Assembly: GCA_031365545.1 (NCBI GenBank) | Contig: JANLYH010000132.1 | Span: 4,571-68,570 of the forward strand | Direction: 5' to 3' | Origin: Pyrinomonadaceae bacterium | GTDB lineage: Bacteria; Acidobacteriota; Blastocatellia; Pyrinomonadales; Pyrinomonadaceae | Length of the DNA: 64,000 nucleotides | Shown: piece by piece, positions 9,304 to 18,852 of the stretch | Numbering within the stretch: the stretch's first letter is position 1 | How the letters are laid out: every line of letters begins with the position of its first letter | Made by a program: the position numbers and the translations under genes | The notes under the pieces: generated by a model | Told to the model about the DNA's origin: nothing | Seen by the model: the letters and a program-made list of their open reading frames with translations, nothing else | Database searches by the model: none

Positions 9304-10443
9304 TTATTGACTGGCTGAGGAGCTGGTGACCTCTATCAAAGCGTCGATTGAAGTGTACGACAGACCTTGTGCTTCAGCGACAGCCTGGTAGGTGCAGTGT
9401 CCGGCGAAAGTATTTACCCCGGCTTTCAATCCCGGATCGCTCTTGATTCCTTCGAGGAATCCCTGATTCGCAAGTCTTAGTGTGTAAGGCAGCGTGGCAT
9501 TAGTCAACGCGAAGGTTGAGGTTCGCGGTACTGCCCCAGGCATGTTGGCCACGCAGTAATGCAAAACACCTTCGACGTAGTAGGTCGGGTTGGAGTGGGT
9601 AGTTGGATGCGTCGTTTCGATGCAGCCCCCTTGATCGACGGCGACATCAACGATGACCGAGCCGTTCGGCACGTCTTTGAGCATGTTTTTTGTAACCAGC
9701 CTTGGGGCTGCGGCTCCCGGGACCAACACCGCACCCACAATCAAGTCGGCACTCGAAATCGCGTCATGAATCATGTAAGCGTTGGAAGCGAGTGTAGAAA
9801 TCTTTGAAAGAAAGATGTCATCGAGCTCGCGGAGCCGGTCCAGATTGTTGTCAATGATCGTCACGTGAGCTCCCATGCCAACCGCGATCTTCGCTGCGTT
9901 TGTTCCCACTACCCCGCCGCCGATGATTACAACTCTGGCGGCAGGCACGCCGGGAACCCCGCCTAAAAGAATGCCGCGACCCCCAGCCATCTTCTCGAGA
10001 TAGTGAGCGCCGACTTGTATGGCCATGCGGCCTGCGACTTCCGACATCGGCGTCAGCAGCGGCAACCCGCCCCGACGATCCGTGATCGTCTCGTAAGCAA
10101 TGCCCGTAACTTTGCGTTTGAGAAGCTGGTCTGTGAGTTCGCGATCGGGCGCGAGGTGGAGGTAAGTGAACAGCAACTGATCGGCTCGCATGCGCGGATA
10201 TTCGGGTTCAATCGGTTCCTTGACCTTCACGATCATCTCGGCTTCGGCCCACACGGCGTCGGCGGAATCTATGATCTGCGCGCCAGCTTTTTGGTAAAGG
10301 GCATCATCAAAGCCGGAGCCTTCGCCCGCGCTCTTCTGAACTGTGACCTGATGACCGGCATCGGTAAGGGCTCGGACACCCGCGGGGGTTAACCCAACTC
10401 TGTATTCGTTATCCTTTATCTCTTTGGGCAGGCCGACAATCAC
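9304..10443 (-). CDS. ald: Alanine dehydrogenase
   Basis: [27 protein letters not shown]-terminus and the NAD fold [22 protein letters not shown]. 379 aa. GTG start. Confidence 0.9.
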   Translation of the reverse strand: MIVGLPKEIKDNEYRVGLTPAGVRALTDAGHQVTVQKSAGEGSGFDDALYQKAGAQIIDSADAVWAEAEMIVKVKEPIEPEYPRMRADQLLFTYLHLAPDRELTDQLLKRKVTGIAYETITDRRGGLPLLTPMSEVAGRMAIQVGAHYLEKMAGGRGILLGGVPGVPAARVVIIGGGVVGTNAAKIAVGMGAHVTIIDNNLDRLRELDDIFLSKISTLASNAYMIHDAISSADLIVGAVLVPGAAAPRLVTKNMLKDVPNGSVIVDVAVDQGGCIETTHPTTHSNPTYYVEGVLHYCVANMPGAVPRTSTFALTNATLPYTLRLANQGFLEGIKSDPGLKAGVNTFAGHCTYQAVAEAQGLSYTSIDALIEVTSSSASQ

Positions 10444-10460
10444 TTGGTTTCCTCCAGGTA

Positions 10461-10552
10461 TCAGAAATCAGAGAACAGAGGTCAGAAGGCAGAGATCAAG
10501 AGTCAGATAATCGCAACTTTTCTGACCGCTGACTTCTGAACTCTGACCGCTG
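10461..10552. repeat. Heptamer array (TCAGARN x7) plus an inverted array (TCTGAMC-type, about 4.5 units)
   Basis: tcagaaa tcagaga acagagg tcagaag gcagaga tcaagag tcagata (10461-10509), with the partner tctgacc gctgact tctgaac tctgacc gctg (10521-10552). My hand alignment gives about 21/32 complementary positions. Confidence 0.8.
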
Positions 10553-10558
10553 TGTATC

Positions 10559-12124
10559 CTATACGTCCATCAGATCGATTTGGGCACGTTGCAACTTGCC
10601 GCTGTAGTCGACGTAGATCGATTTCCATTCTGAAAAAATGTCCAACACCTGGGTGCCGGCTTCGCGATGTCCATTGCCGGTGGCCTTCGTGCCGCCAAAC
10701 GGCAGGTGTACTTCAGCGCCAATCGTCGAAGCGTTGACATAAAAGATTCCGGTATACATGTTGTTCATGGCGCGGAACGCACGATTGACGTTGCTGGTAT
10801 ATATCGCCGCGGACAAACCGTAACGAACTCCGTTGGCGATTTCGACAGCTTCGTCAAGTGATCTGGTCGGAATCACTGCCGTTACCGGACCAAAGATTTC
10901 TTCCTGTGCAATACGCATGTCCGGCGCGACATCGGTGAAGACGGTTGGCTCGATAAAGTAACCGTTCGCATAGTCTCCGCGCGTCAGGCGTTTGCCGCCG
11001 CACGCGAGCGTGGCGCCGTCTTCATCCTGACCAAGGTCGATATAACCCATTATCTTCTTCACGGCATCGGCATTGATGACCGGGCCAACATCCGTTTTCG
11101 GATCCGCGCCGTTACCAATTCTGAGCGCTTTGGTACGTTCGACGAGCTTCTGCGAAAATTGTTTGTAGACTTTTTTGTGAACGACCAGGCGCGAAGACGC
11201 GGTGCAGCGTTGTCCGGAAGTTCCGAACGCTCCCCAGAGCGCCCCTTCGATCGCGAGATCGATGTCGGCATCATCCATGACAATGATTACATTCTTGCCA
11301 CCCATCTCTAGCGAGCAGATCGCGTTGCGCTCAGCGCATGCCGAAGCGACCGTGCGCCCCGTTTCCGTTGAACCGGTGAACGAGATCAAACGCAACGCCG
11401 GATGATTGGTTATAGGAGCGCCGGCGTCTTCGCCAAAACCGGTGACCAGATTCACCACTCCCGGCGGTATTCCAGCTTCTTCACAAGCCTGCACCAGATT
11501 GAAAGTGGACAACGGGGTGTCTTCAGCGGGTTTTATCACGACAGTATTGCCGCAGACGAGCGCCGGAATTAGTTTCCACGAAGGAATAGCCATCGGGAAG
11601 TTCCAGGGAGTAATCAGCCCACAGAGTCCGACGGGTTGCCGAATGCACATCGCAAACTTGTCTGGCATTTCGGCCGGAGTGGTGAAACCGTGGAGCCGGC
11701 GTCCCTCACCGGCAGTGTAGTAAGTGCAGTCGATAGCTTCCTGCACATCACCGCCTGCCTCTTTCAGGACTTTGCCCATCTCTCGCGTCATATCTGCGGT
11801 GAAGCGATCCTTATTACGAATCAATATCTCTCCCAGGCGAAAGAGGATTTCGGCGCGTTTGGGAGCAGGCATGGTGCGCCAACCGTCGAAGGCGCTCTGC
11901 GCTGCATTGACGGCAGCGTTTACGTCATCACTGGTTGATAACTGGAAGCGACCGATTACGTCCCCGGTGTTGGCCGGATTGATGTTTTCAAACACTTCAC
12001 CGGATTCACTGGGGACCCACTTGCCGCCGATATAGTTGTTATAGGTTTTTACGGAAGCGCGCGCGGATGCTCTGGACTGTTTCTTCGAGCTGCTTTTCGC
12101 GAGGACCTTTTTTGCTTGAGCCAT
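10559..12124 (-). CDS. NAD(P)-dependent aldehyde dehydrogenase family protein
   Basis: YIGGKWV, catalytic LEMGGKN and GQRCTA motifs. It has an unusual Lys/Ser-rich extension of about 25 aa ([24 protein letters not shown]). Confidence 0.88.
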   Translation of the reverse strand: MAQAKKVLAKSSSKKQSRASARASVKTYNNYIGGKWVPSESGEVFENINPANTGDVIGRFQLSTSDDVNAAVNAAQSAFDGWRTMPAPKRAEILFRLGEILIRNKDRFTADMTREMGKVLKEAGGDVQEAIDCTYYTAGEGRRLHGFTTPAEMPDKFAMCIRQPVGLCGLITPWNFPMAIPSWKLIPALVCGNTVVIKPAEDTPLSTFNLVQACEEAGIPPGVVNLVTGFGEDAGAPITNHPALRLISFTGSTETGRTVASACAERNAICSLEMGGKNVIIVMDDADIDLAIEGALWGAFGTSGQRCTASSRLVVHKKVYKQFSQKLVERTKALRIGNGADPKTDVGPVINADAVKKIMGYIDLGQDEDGATLACGGKRLTRGDYANGYFIEPTVFTDVAPDMRIAQEEIFGPVTAVIPTRSLDEAVEIANGVRYGLSAAIYTSNVNRAFRAMNNMYTGIFYVNASTIGAEVHLPFGGTKATGNGHREAGTQVLDIFSEWKSIYVDYSGKLQRAQIDLMDV

Positions 12125-12130
12125 TTTTGA

Positions 12131-12201
12131 AGTTTCGAGTTTCGAGTTTCGAGTTTCAGGTTTTCAACTAACTCGAAACCCGGACCTCGAAACTCGGAAC
12201 T
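12131..12201. repeat. Heptamer array (AGTTTCG x4) plus an inverted array
   Basis: agtttcg agtttcg agtttcg agtttca (12131-12158), with the partner actcgaa acccgga cctcgaa actcgga act (12171-12201). About 23/28 complementary positions. Confidence 0.85.
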
Positions 12202-12203
12202 GG

Positions 12204-13808
12204 TTATTGGTAAGTAAACTGAACAATGCGCGTCGTGATCCGATTGCCTACATAACGCGAGACCTGCAAGACGATCGGATCGCCGGCTTTCAGACTGCTT
12301 AGCATGCGTTGGAAATCGGCAAGGGTGGTAACCGGCACGCGGTTAATGCGGGTGATGACATCGCCTTCATTGAGAGCTTGTTGTCCCGTCGTATTGCGAA
12401 CCTCAGCGGCCAATCCGTTTGGATCCACTTCTTTCACGTACAGGCCACGCACACCGGCGAGATGCTTGTCGCTGATCAGTTGCTGCGTCAGTTCTGCCAG
12501 CGTCACTCCGAGGTGTAATCCATTTCCTTTGGGATCGGCTTCTTTCTCTTTGTCTTTGGTTGGGACAGCAGTGTCAACCTCGTTCAGTTGTGGCAGAGGT
12601 GGACGTTCACCCAAAACGACATTAGCAGTCATTTTTTCCAGTTTCCCGTCGCGATCGCGAAGGAAGGTAAAGGAGACGGATTCGCCAACTGGACTGGCGG
12701 CAACTTTCTGGATCAAATCCTGCGCGGTGCTCACCGGCTGTCCATTGAACTCGGTGATGATGTCGTTTGACTGCATGCCGGCCTTTGCTGCCGGCGTGGG
12801 TTGACCATTGTCAGTCGGCCGCACGTCCATGACGATCGCTCCCTTTGCCTCCGGCAGACCATAGACGCGCGCGTACTCGTCTTTTACTGATTCCAGCGAG
12901 ACGCCGAGGTAGCCGCGCCGAACCTTGCCTTGCCCAAGAATCTGGCGATAAACAAAATTTGCTTCAACCGCCGGCAGCGCAAAGCCGATGCCGTTGTAGT
13001 CTCCAGTGGAGGTGGCGATCTGCGAGTTGATGCCAATTACTTCGCCGCGCATGTTGACGAGTGGACCACCGCTATTGCCGCGATTGATGGCCGCGTCAGT
13101 TTGCAGAAAGCGCTGAAAGTTTGTGAAAAAGGGAGTCTCGCGTTCTTTCTTCGAAATAATTCCGGCCGTGACGGTTTGGTCAAGACCAAACGGCGAACCA
13201 ATCGCCAATACCCAGTCACCAACCTGAGCGGCATTAGAGTCGCCGAGGGTAACGGTCGGCAGATCCTGAGGCGCCTCGATCTTAATGACGGCAACGTCTG
13301 TTTCTTGATCAATGCCGATGACCCTGCCGCGATACTTCTCGCCAGACTGCAAGCCCACGATTATTCGAGTCGACCCTTCGACCACGTGCTCGTTAGTCAG
13401 AATGTAGCCCTTGGGGCTGACAATGAAGCCGCTGCCAACTCCGCGCGAAGGACGGCGGGCCTGACGGCGAAACATGTCGAGCAACGGATTGTTAGCCGAC
13501 TCATCGTCTTTATCTTCGTTATCTTTTTCGGCGACATCGGTTGCTGCCGTCAGGGTTTCAATGTTTACGACGGCTGGTTCGACACGCCGGGCAATCTCCG
13601 CAAACGAAGCTGAGAGCGCCTCTGGCGCATGCGCTATCTGAAGTTCGCTTTGGGCGACGGTTGGTCGCCCGGAGAGCATCGCCCCTACTCCGATTCCCGC
13701 CAGCAGGCATGCCGCGCCAAGAGCGATGATCCAGACGCGAAGTTTCCGCAAAATGGCCCGCTCGGCAATAGTTGTCGGGTCTTTGGCATGGTCGAACATA
13801 AACACCAC
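12204..13808 (-). CDS. htrA: HtrA/DegP-family periplasmic serine endoprotease with two PDZ domains
   Basis: TNEHVV (His), GNSGGPL (Ser), an N-terminal TM anchor and two PDZ-like C-terminal segments. Confidence 0.9.
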   Translation of the reverse strand: MVFMFDHAKDPTTIAERAILRKLRVWIIALGAACLLAGIGVGAMLSGRPTVAQSELQIAHAPEALSASFAEIARRVEPAVVNIETLTAATDVAEKDNEDKDDESANNPLLDMFRRQARRPSRGVGSGFIVSPKGYILTNEHVVEGSTRIIVGLQSGEKYRGRVIGIDQETDVAVIKIEAPQDLPTVTLGDSNAAQVGDWVLAIGSPFGLDQTVTAGIISKKERETPFFTNFQRFLQTDAAINRGNSGGPLVNMRGEVIGINSQIATSTGDYNGIGFALPAVEANFVYRQILGQGKVRRGYLGVSLESVKDEYARVYGLPEAKGAIVMDVRPTDNGQPTPAAKAGMQSNDIITEFNGQPVSTAQDLIQKVAASPVGESVSFTFLRDRDGKLEKMTANVVLGERPPLPQLNEVDTAVPTKDKEKEADPKGNGLHLGVTLAELTQQLISDKHLAGVRGLYVKEVDPNGLAAEVRNTTGQQALNEGDVITRINRVPVTTLADFQRMLSSLKAGDPIVLQVSRYVGNRITTRIVQFTYQ

Positions 13809-13919
13809 CTTCAGTAAAACTGCAATTCAGCGCTCGCGGAGAATGTGATTCCCGAAGCGCGACGGGAAGGGCTGAAGTATAACTAAAGCGGCAGCGGGGA
13901 GCAAAAGAATGGGTTGAAG

Positions 13920-13997
13920 CCAGGAAGCAGACGGCAGGCGGCAAGCAGGAAGCACTAACGACGAAAACTGTTTTGGTGCCTGCCGTCTGCCTCCTGG
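13920..13997. repeat. Heptamer-periodic (CAGNNGG) array plus a 20-bp inverted partner (19/20)
   Basis: ccaggaagcagacggcaggc (13920-13939), continuing as ggcaagcaggaagcac. The partner gcctgccgtctgcctcctgg (13978-13997) ends 3 nt before the ADH stop codon. Confidence 0.85.
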
Positions 13998-14000
13998 TTC

Positions 14001-14963
14001 TTACGGTCTTAAGAACACCTTCAGAACGCCCTTCTTGCCGGCGCGCTCCATCGCATAAACGCCACGGGCGAGCGGGTATTCTTCGCTGATCAAACTATCA
14101 ATGTCGATGGCGCCCTTCTTCAGGAGATCGAGGGCTGGCTGGAACCGTCCGCAACGTGAACCGATTATGGTGATCTCGTCGACGACCAGTCGCGCCTGGT
14201 TGATCTCGTCAAAGTTGCCCGGCCCCTGAAAAGTCGACTTCAATACCAGCGTGCCGCGAGGTCGCAATAATTCTAATGCTCCGGCGAAGCCGGAAGGGGA
14301 GCCGGATGCTTCCACGACTACGTCAAACTCGTGCTTTCGTTTAGCGCCAGCTTTTGGACTTGTCGTTTCAATACCGCGCCGCTCCGCGATGCGTAACTTT
14401 TCAGCGTGCTTGCCAATCAGCAAGACGCTGGCTCCGCTCAACGCGATCGCTTGCGCGCACAGCAGGCCGAGTTTGCCGTCTCCGATTACGGCCACACTAT
14501 GATCTGGTTTGATCACAACGCGTTCCATGATGCCGCAGGCTGCGGCCAGCGGTTCTGCAAAGACTGCGTGCTCATCAACTATCATGTCCGGAACGGGCAG
14601 TAAGTTAGCGAGTGGCAGCCGCAAAAACTCAGCATGCGAGCCGTCGCGTCCGACTATGCCGAGCACCGTGCGATTTGGGCAGTGACGCGGGTCACCTGAC
14701 GCACACAGTTTGCACGTTCCGCAGCCGGCATTGATTTCGCCAACAACTCTTTGACCCAGCAGCTTGTCTCCGGGAGACGCTTCAACCACGCCGACAAACT
14801 CGTGTCCAATCGTTCCCTTGAAACCGGCGTAGCCGCGCGCGATTTCCAGGTCTGTATTGCAGATGCCGGAAAGATGGACGCGCACCAGCGCTTCATCGCC
14901 ACGCTCGGGTTTGGCAACTTCCTTCAACGCCAGCTTCTTTTTCTCGATTCGTAGAGCGTGCAT
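14001..14963 (-). CDS. Zinc-dependent alcohol dehydrogenase (MDR family)
   Basis: GICNTD, GHEFVGVV, the structural-Zn cysteine cluster GCGTCKLCASGDPRHC, and VIGDGKLG. Confidence 0.85.
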   Translation of the reverse strand: MHALRIEKKKLALKEVAKPERGDEALVRVHLSGICNTDLEIARGYAGFKGTIGHEFVGVVEASPGDKLLGQRVVGEINAGCGTCKLCASGDPRHCPNRTVLGIVGRDGSHAEFLRLPLANLLPVPDMIVDEHAVFAEPLAAACGIMERVVIKPDHSVAVIGDGKLGLLCAQAIALSGASVLLIGKHAEKLRIAERRGIETTSPKAGAKRKHEFDVVVEASGSPSGFAGALELLRPRGTLVLKSTFQGPGNFDEINQARLVVDEITIIGSRCGRFQPALDLLKKGAIDIDSLISEEYPLARGVYAMERAGKKGVLKVFLRP

Positions 14964-14974
14964 GGAAACAGTAG

Positions 14975-15078
14975 TCAGAATTCAGAATTCAGAAGGAGAT
15001 CAATTATCAACGACGATATTCTGATTGGCGGATTTTTGATAATGAAAAGCCACTGACTCCTGAATTTCTGCTTCAGAA
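14975..15078. repeat. Heptamer array (TCAGAAT x3) plus imperfect inverted partners
   Basis: tcagaat tcagaat tcagaag (14975-14995). Partners are attctga (15018-15024) and ctgactcctgaatttctgcttcagaa (15053-15078), the latter overlapping the stop of the 15073..15579 gene. Confidence 0.7.
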
Positions 15079-15579
15079 CGTCCTTGTGCGCGTGTAAATG
15101 TTCTGCGTCGTCAGCTCAACGGTCTGTTTGGATCCGGCGATGTTGACAGGGAGGCGCCATTCGAGATTTTCTTCGCCCGACAATTGCGCGTGTAACCACC
15201 AATTACCCGGACTGACAACCACGGATGTCTGGCCCTGTTTATCCAACCTGGCCTCAACCGGCGAACGGCCGTTCATGCGCTCGCTCAAAAAGTCGTCGAA
15301 GCGTTTGCCGGCGCGACGTTCAGTAAAAAACTCATGACGCGCCGCGACAATATCGAAAGGATAAAGTTCAATCTGGATATCGAGTGCCTCGGAACCATCG
15401 TTAGGTGGGCGCAACACAATTAGCAAGGTAGTTTCGGCGCTAACAGTTTTCAGATTGGCCGACGAATTCTGCTGCCGCAGCTTGCTGTAGATTAACCAGC
15501 CGGAGACGAGCAGCGCGGCTACCAGCGCAGCGCGGAGGAACAAGGTCAGCAGGTGATACGAGATGCTTGTTGTTTTCAC
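15073..15579 (-). CDS. Hypothetical membrane-anchored protein
   Basis: GTG start, one N-terminal TM helix (LLTLFLRAALVAALLVSGWLIY) and a soluble domain of about 130 aa with no motif I recognise. Confidence 0.45.
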   Translation of the reverse strand: MKTTSISYHLLTLFLRAALVAALLVSGWLIYSKLRQQNSSANLKTVSAETTLLIVLRPPNDGSEALDIQIELYPFDIVAARHEFFTERRAGKRFDDFLSERMNGRSPVEARLDKQGQTSVVVSPGNWWLHAQLSGEENLEWRLPVNIAGSKQTVELTTQNIYTRTRTF

Positions 15580-15585
15580 GTCTCT

Positions 15586-15671
15586 AGTAGGACAGGCATT
15601 CCTGCCTGTCCCCTCTTGATCGCCTTGAGCCCCGTTGCAGTCAGAGGACAGGCAGGAATGTCTGTCCTACT
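15586..15671. repeat. 26-bp inverted repeat (25/26) in which each arm is itself a 9-bp hairpin
   Basis: agtaggacaggcattcctgcctgtcc (15586-15611) and ggacaggcaggaatgtctgtcctact (15646-15671). Within the left arm, ggacaggca-ttcc-tgcctgtcc. Confidence 0.9.
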
Positions 15672-15674
15672 ACT

Positions 15675-16022
15675 CTATTTCTTCAAACCTCTAACGTAAG
15701 GCACGAGCGAGTCGATTTCCCGTTCAGAAAGTTTTTTTGCGTAGGGTGGCATCTTGCCTTTGCCATTCATAATTGAATTAAAAATGCGTTCGTCGCTCAC
15801 TTTGCTTTGCCACTCGGGATCGCTGAGATTCCGCGCGTGGTTGAACCTGGCCTTAAACGTTTTGGCGCTCCCGTCCCGCCCATGACAGGTAGCGCAGTTT
15901 TTGGAGTACAACTCAGCCGCACTTCTGGGCGTGGCAGCAACAGTCTCCCCGGCTCGCGCCCGGGAAACAAACACACTGCCAATGACGGCTACAAAAAATA
16001 CAATGAAGAAAACGTATTTCAT
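15675..16022 (-). CDS. Class I c-type cytochrome, exported
   Basis: Signal peptide MKYVFFIVFFVAVIGSVFV, the haem-binding CATCHG motif and a distal GKMPPY Met ligand region. Confidence 0.8.
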   Translation of the reverse strand: MKYVFFIVFFVAVIGSVFVSRARAGETVAATPRSAAELYSKNCATCHGRDGSAKTFKARFNHARNLSDPEWQSKVSDERIFNSIMNGKGKMPPYAKKLSEREIDSLVPYVRGLKK

Positions 16023-16239
16023 CGATCTGCCTCACAGAATCAAAACTGGACCGACCTCGCCGGGGAGTGCGAAGCTACGGACTTCCGGGCGTGGGATTTC
16101 CCGGTCTGCTCATGGTGAAGTAATGATACCGGATGCACTGTTGTTTGTGTATTCGCAACCGGCGGTTCACTTCCGGTTGAAAGCTTTCGGAATGCGAAGT
16201 AAGCTCATGTTGCAGTTCACAAACAGTTTTTGAGGCACC

Positions 16240-17664
16240 TTGGAAATACTCTCCGATAAATTTCGCGATGAATGCGGAGTGTTCGGCATCTACGGACACG
16301 CTGACGCCGCTCGGCTGACGTACCTTGGCCTATTTGCGTTGCAGCATCGCGGTCAGGAATCCTGCGGCATCACTTCGTCAAATGGATCGGATTTGCGTCT
16401 CGAACGCGCCATGGGTTATGTGGCCGACGCGTTTGATCAATCCACTCTCGATCGCTTGCCGGGCAGCAGCGCGATCGGACACGTTCGCTATTCCACGGCT
16501 GGCGATGTTTCACTGCGCGAAGCCCAACCCTTTCTGGTTACCTGCCAGCATGGTCAAATCGCCGTTTGCCATAACGGCAATTTACCCTTCGCCCGCGAGG
16601 AACGCCGCAGGCTGGAACGAGAAGGAGCAATCTTTTCCGCGACCTCCGACACCGAAGTCATTCTGCACGGGGTGGCGCGGTCCAAAGCCGCGTCGGTTCG
16701 CGAAGCCATACCAGAAGTTTTACGAAACACGGAAGGCGCATTTTCAATGCTCTTCCTGACGCCCACGGAGCTAATCGCGATTCGTGACCCGCGCGGCTTT
16801 CGGCCGCTGGCGCTGGGGCGACTTGGAGATGCGTGGGTAGTGGCCTCAGAAACCTGTGCCTTTGATCTCATCGATGCCCAATATGTTCGCGACGTGGAAC
16901 CAGGCGAGATGCTGGTGATCGATCGGGATGGTTTGCGTTCGTCTCATCCACTGCAGGAACAAAAGGCTTCGATGTGCCTATTCGAACATGTCTATTTCGC
17001 GCGACCCGATTCGCTGATCTATGGTCATTCGGTGAATGAGTCGCGTCACAAGATGGGCAAGCGACTCGCTATCGAACATCCAGCTGATGCGGATCTGGTC
17101 GTGCCTGTTCCTGATTCAGGGACGGTAGCGGCAATTGGTTATGCAGCACAAAGCAATATTAGTTTTCGTTTTGGTTTAGTGCGCAACCACTATATTGGTC
17201 GCACCTTTATTGAGCCGCGGCAATCTATTCGCTCGTTCGGAGTGCGCATAAAACTCAACCCCGTGCGTCACTTGATCGAAGGCAAGCGGGTCATCCTCAT
17301 CGACGACTCGATCGTGCGCGGCACCACTTCGAAAAAAATTGTGAGAATGGTGCGCGAGGCGGGCGCGAAAGAGATTCACCTGCGGATCAGTTGCCCGCCG
17401 ACTATCAGCCCCTGCTATTACGGAATCGATACTCCCAATAAGGCCGACCTGATCGCCGCGCAAATGTCGATCGATGAGATCTGCAAGTTTATCGAAGCCG
17501 ACTCGCTTGGTTATCTTTCGCTCGGCGGAATGATTGAAGCGATCGGTATCAGCCCCGACTCATCCTGCGTAGCCTGCTGGAATGAGAAATATCCGACGCG
17601 CATAACCAACGAAGCAGAGACGATGTGGGAACGCGAACACGAAGTGGTGGGTGCTGATGGCTAA
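16240..17664 (+). CDS. purF: Amidophosphoribosyltransferase
   Basis: A short propeptide precedes CGVFGIYG (N-terminal nucleophile Cys). PRPP loop VILIDDSIVRGTT. TTG start. Confidence 0.92.
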   Translation: MEILSDKFRDECGVFGIYGHADAARLTYLGLFALQHRGQESCGITSSNGSDLRLERAMGYVADAFDQSTLDRLPGSSAIGHVRYSTAGDVSLREAQPFLVTCQHGQIAVCHNGNLPFAREERRRLEREGAIFSATSDTEVILHGVARSKAASVREAIPEVLRNTEGAFSMLFLTPTELIAIRDPRGFRPLALGRLGDAWVVASETCAFDLIDAQYVRDVEPGEMLVIDRDGLRSSHPLQEQKASMCLFEHVYFARPDSLIYGHSVNESRHKMGKRLAIEHPADADLVVPVPDSGTVAAIGYAAQSNISFRFGLVRNHYIGRTFIEPRQSIRSFGVRIKLNPVRHLIEGKRVILIDDSIVRGTTSKKIVRMVREAGAKEIHLRISCPPTISPCYYGIDTPNKADLIAAQMSIDEICKFIEADSLGYLSLGGMIEAIGISPDSSCVACWNEKYPTRITNEAETMWEREHEVVGADG

Positions 17665-17718
17665 ACCAGTCAAAGAACAAATTACCGCTAACAGTCAGCT
17701 CACCTTTGAGGATAAATC

Positions 17719-18852
17719 TTGGCGCGGCGTTCGTTAAAAGGTTGCGGATGCGCAATTGCCGTTCTGGTAGTTGTGTTTGGTGCGTTGGGATTCGTGGGCT
17801 GGAAATATGTCTTGCCACGCTGGAAGCAGCGGCCGCCGCCGCCTTCAGGTGGCGAACTTCAAGTACATGTGCTTGACGTTGGGCCAGGCGATGGCGATTC
17901 GATTCTGATTATTGTGCCCGGGGGCAAAACCGTTCTGATTGATGCGGGTGATGCGGGCAAAGGCAAAGTTGTTGTCGAAGCGTTGAAGCGCTACAACGTG
18001 CAACAGCTCGACTACTTTTTCGCGACGCATCCGCATCCGGATCACCTGGGCGGCGCCAACGAAGTTTTCAAGGCAACGAAAGTTTTGCTCGCAATTGATA
18101 ACGGGCAACAACCCGATGTTCCGGCAGCGTTAGGGCCCCAAAACAAACCGGCGCCAACTCCCAACCAGAAACCAGTTAACCCAAAGCTTGATAAGTCGTC
18201 AGCTATTACCAAGTTTTACACTGAGTATCAGGCTGCGGTTACCAGCAGCGGCGCGCACCACGAGAAGGCCCAACCGGGTACGACTTACGATCTCGGCGGC
18301 GGCGCGCGATTGACGGTGCTGGCGCCGACCGATCCACTCTTCACCAAAGACCAGGTGAAGTCGGGCGGGAATCTGCCTAACGCCAATTCGATTGTGCTAC
18401 GACTGGATTACGGCGATTTTTCCATGCTGCTGCCGGGCGACGCTGAAGAGCAGACCGAACACCGCATGCTGACCAAAGACATGAATCTGAAAGTGAAGAT
18501 CCTGAAAGTTGCGCATCACGGCTCGAAGTATGCGACCACTCAAGACTTCGTCGATCGAGTGAAACCGGAGGTGGCGATCTTTTCCTGCGGCGAGTGGAAC
18601 CGTTATGGTCATCCGGCGCAAGCCGTTCTCGATCGACTGCGCGCAGCAAACGTGAAACCTTATCGCACAGACCTGCAGGGCGAGATAACGATTACCACGC
18701 GAGGCAAGGAGGGCGACTACGTGATCAAGACCGCCAAGGAAGCTAAGAGCGATTTGTGGGTTGGACGCCCTGCACAAAAAGACGACTCGACGCGATCTGG
18801 ATTCATCGCCTATGGCGATTTTGGGCCGCCTCCGAAGAAAGGCGGTAAATAG
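17719..18852 (+). CDS. Membrane-anchored MBL-fold hydrolase, ComEC C-terminal-domain-like
   Basis: N-terminal TM helix, the HPHPDHLGG (HxHxDH) motif and a later KVAHHGS motif, as in the ComEC/Rec2 beta-lactamase domain. TTG start. Confidence 0.78.
   Translation: MARRSLKGCGCAIAVLVVVFGALGFVGWKYVLPRWKQRPPPPSGGELQVHVLDVGPGDGDSILIIVPGGKTVLIDAGDAGKGKVVVEALKRYNVQQLDYFFATHPHPDHLGGANEVFKATKVLLAIDNGQQPDVPAALGPQNKPAPTPNQKPVNPKLDKSSAITKFYTEYQAAVTSSGAHHEKAQPGTTYDLGGGARLTVLAPTDPLFTKDQVKSGGNLPNANSIVLRLDYGDFSMLLPGDAEEQTEHRMLTKDMNLKVKILKVAHHGSKYATTQDFVDRVKPEVAIFSCGEWNRYGHPAQAVLDRLRAANVKPYRTDLQGEITITTRGKEGDYVIKTAKEAKSDLWVGRPAQKDDSTRSGFIAYGDFGPPPKKGGK

Noticed and set aside
10461-10552. Whether the heptamer arrays could be a CRISPR or other spacer-containing array.
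   Set aside because: The units are only 7 nt long, are contiguous with no unique spacers, and no cas genes are present. They are tandem microsatellite-like repeats with inverted partners, not CRISPR.
10559-12124. Whether the Lys/Ser-rich 25-aa N-terminal extension of the aldehyde dehydrogenase reflects a mis-called start.
   Set aside because: There is no in-frame ATG, GTG or TTG between 12124 and the conserved YIGGKWV region; the Val codon there is GTA. I kept the ATG at 12124. The extension is noted but is not strong enough to report as a finding.
16023-16239. A possible purine/ZTP-type riboswitch upstream of purF.
   Set aside because: I could not find the conserved ZTP (GGGUCGUGAC...CCGCCUGGGCA) or purine-riboswitch cores. 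Only a short ccggg/cccgg hairpin is present.
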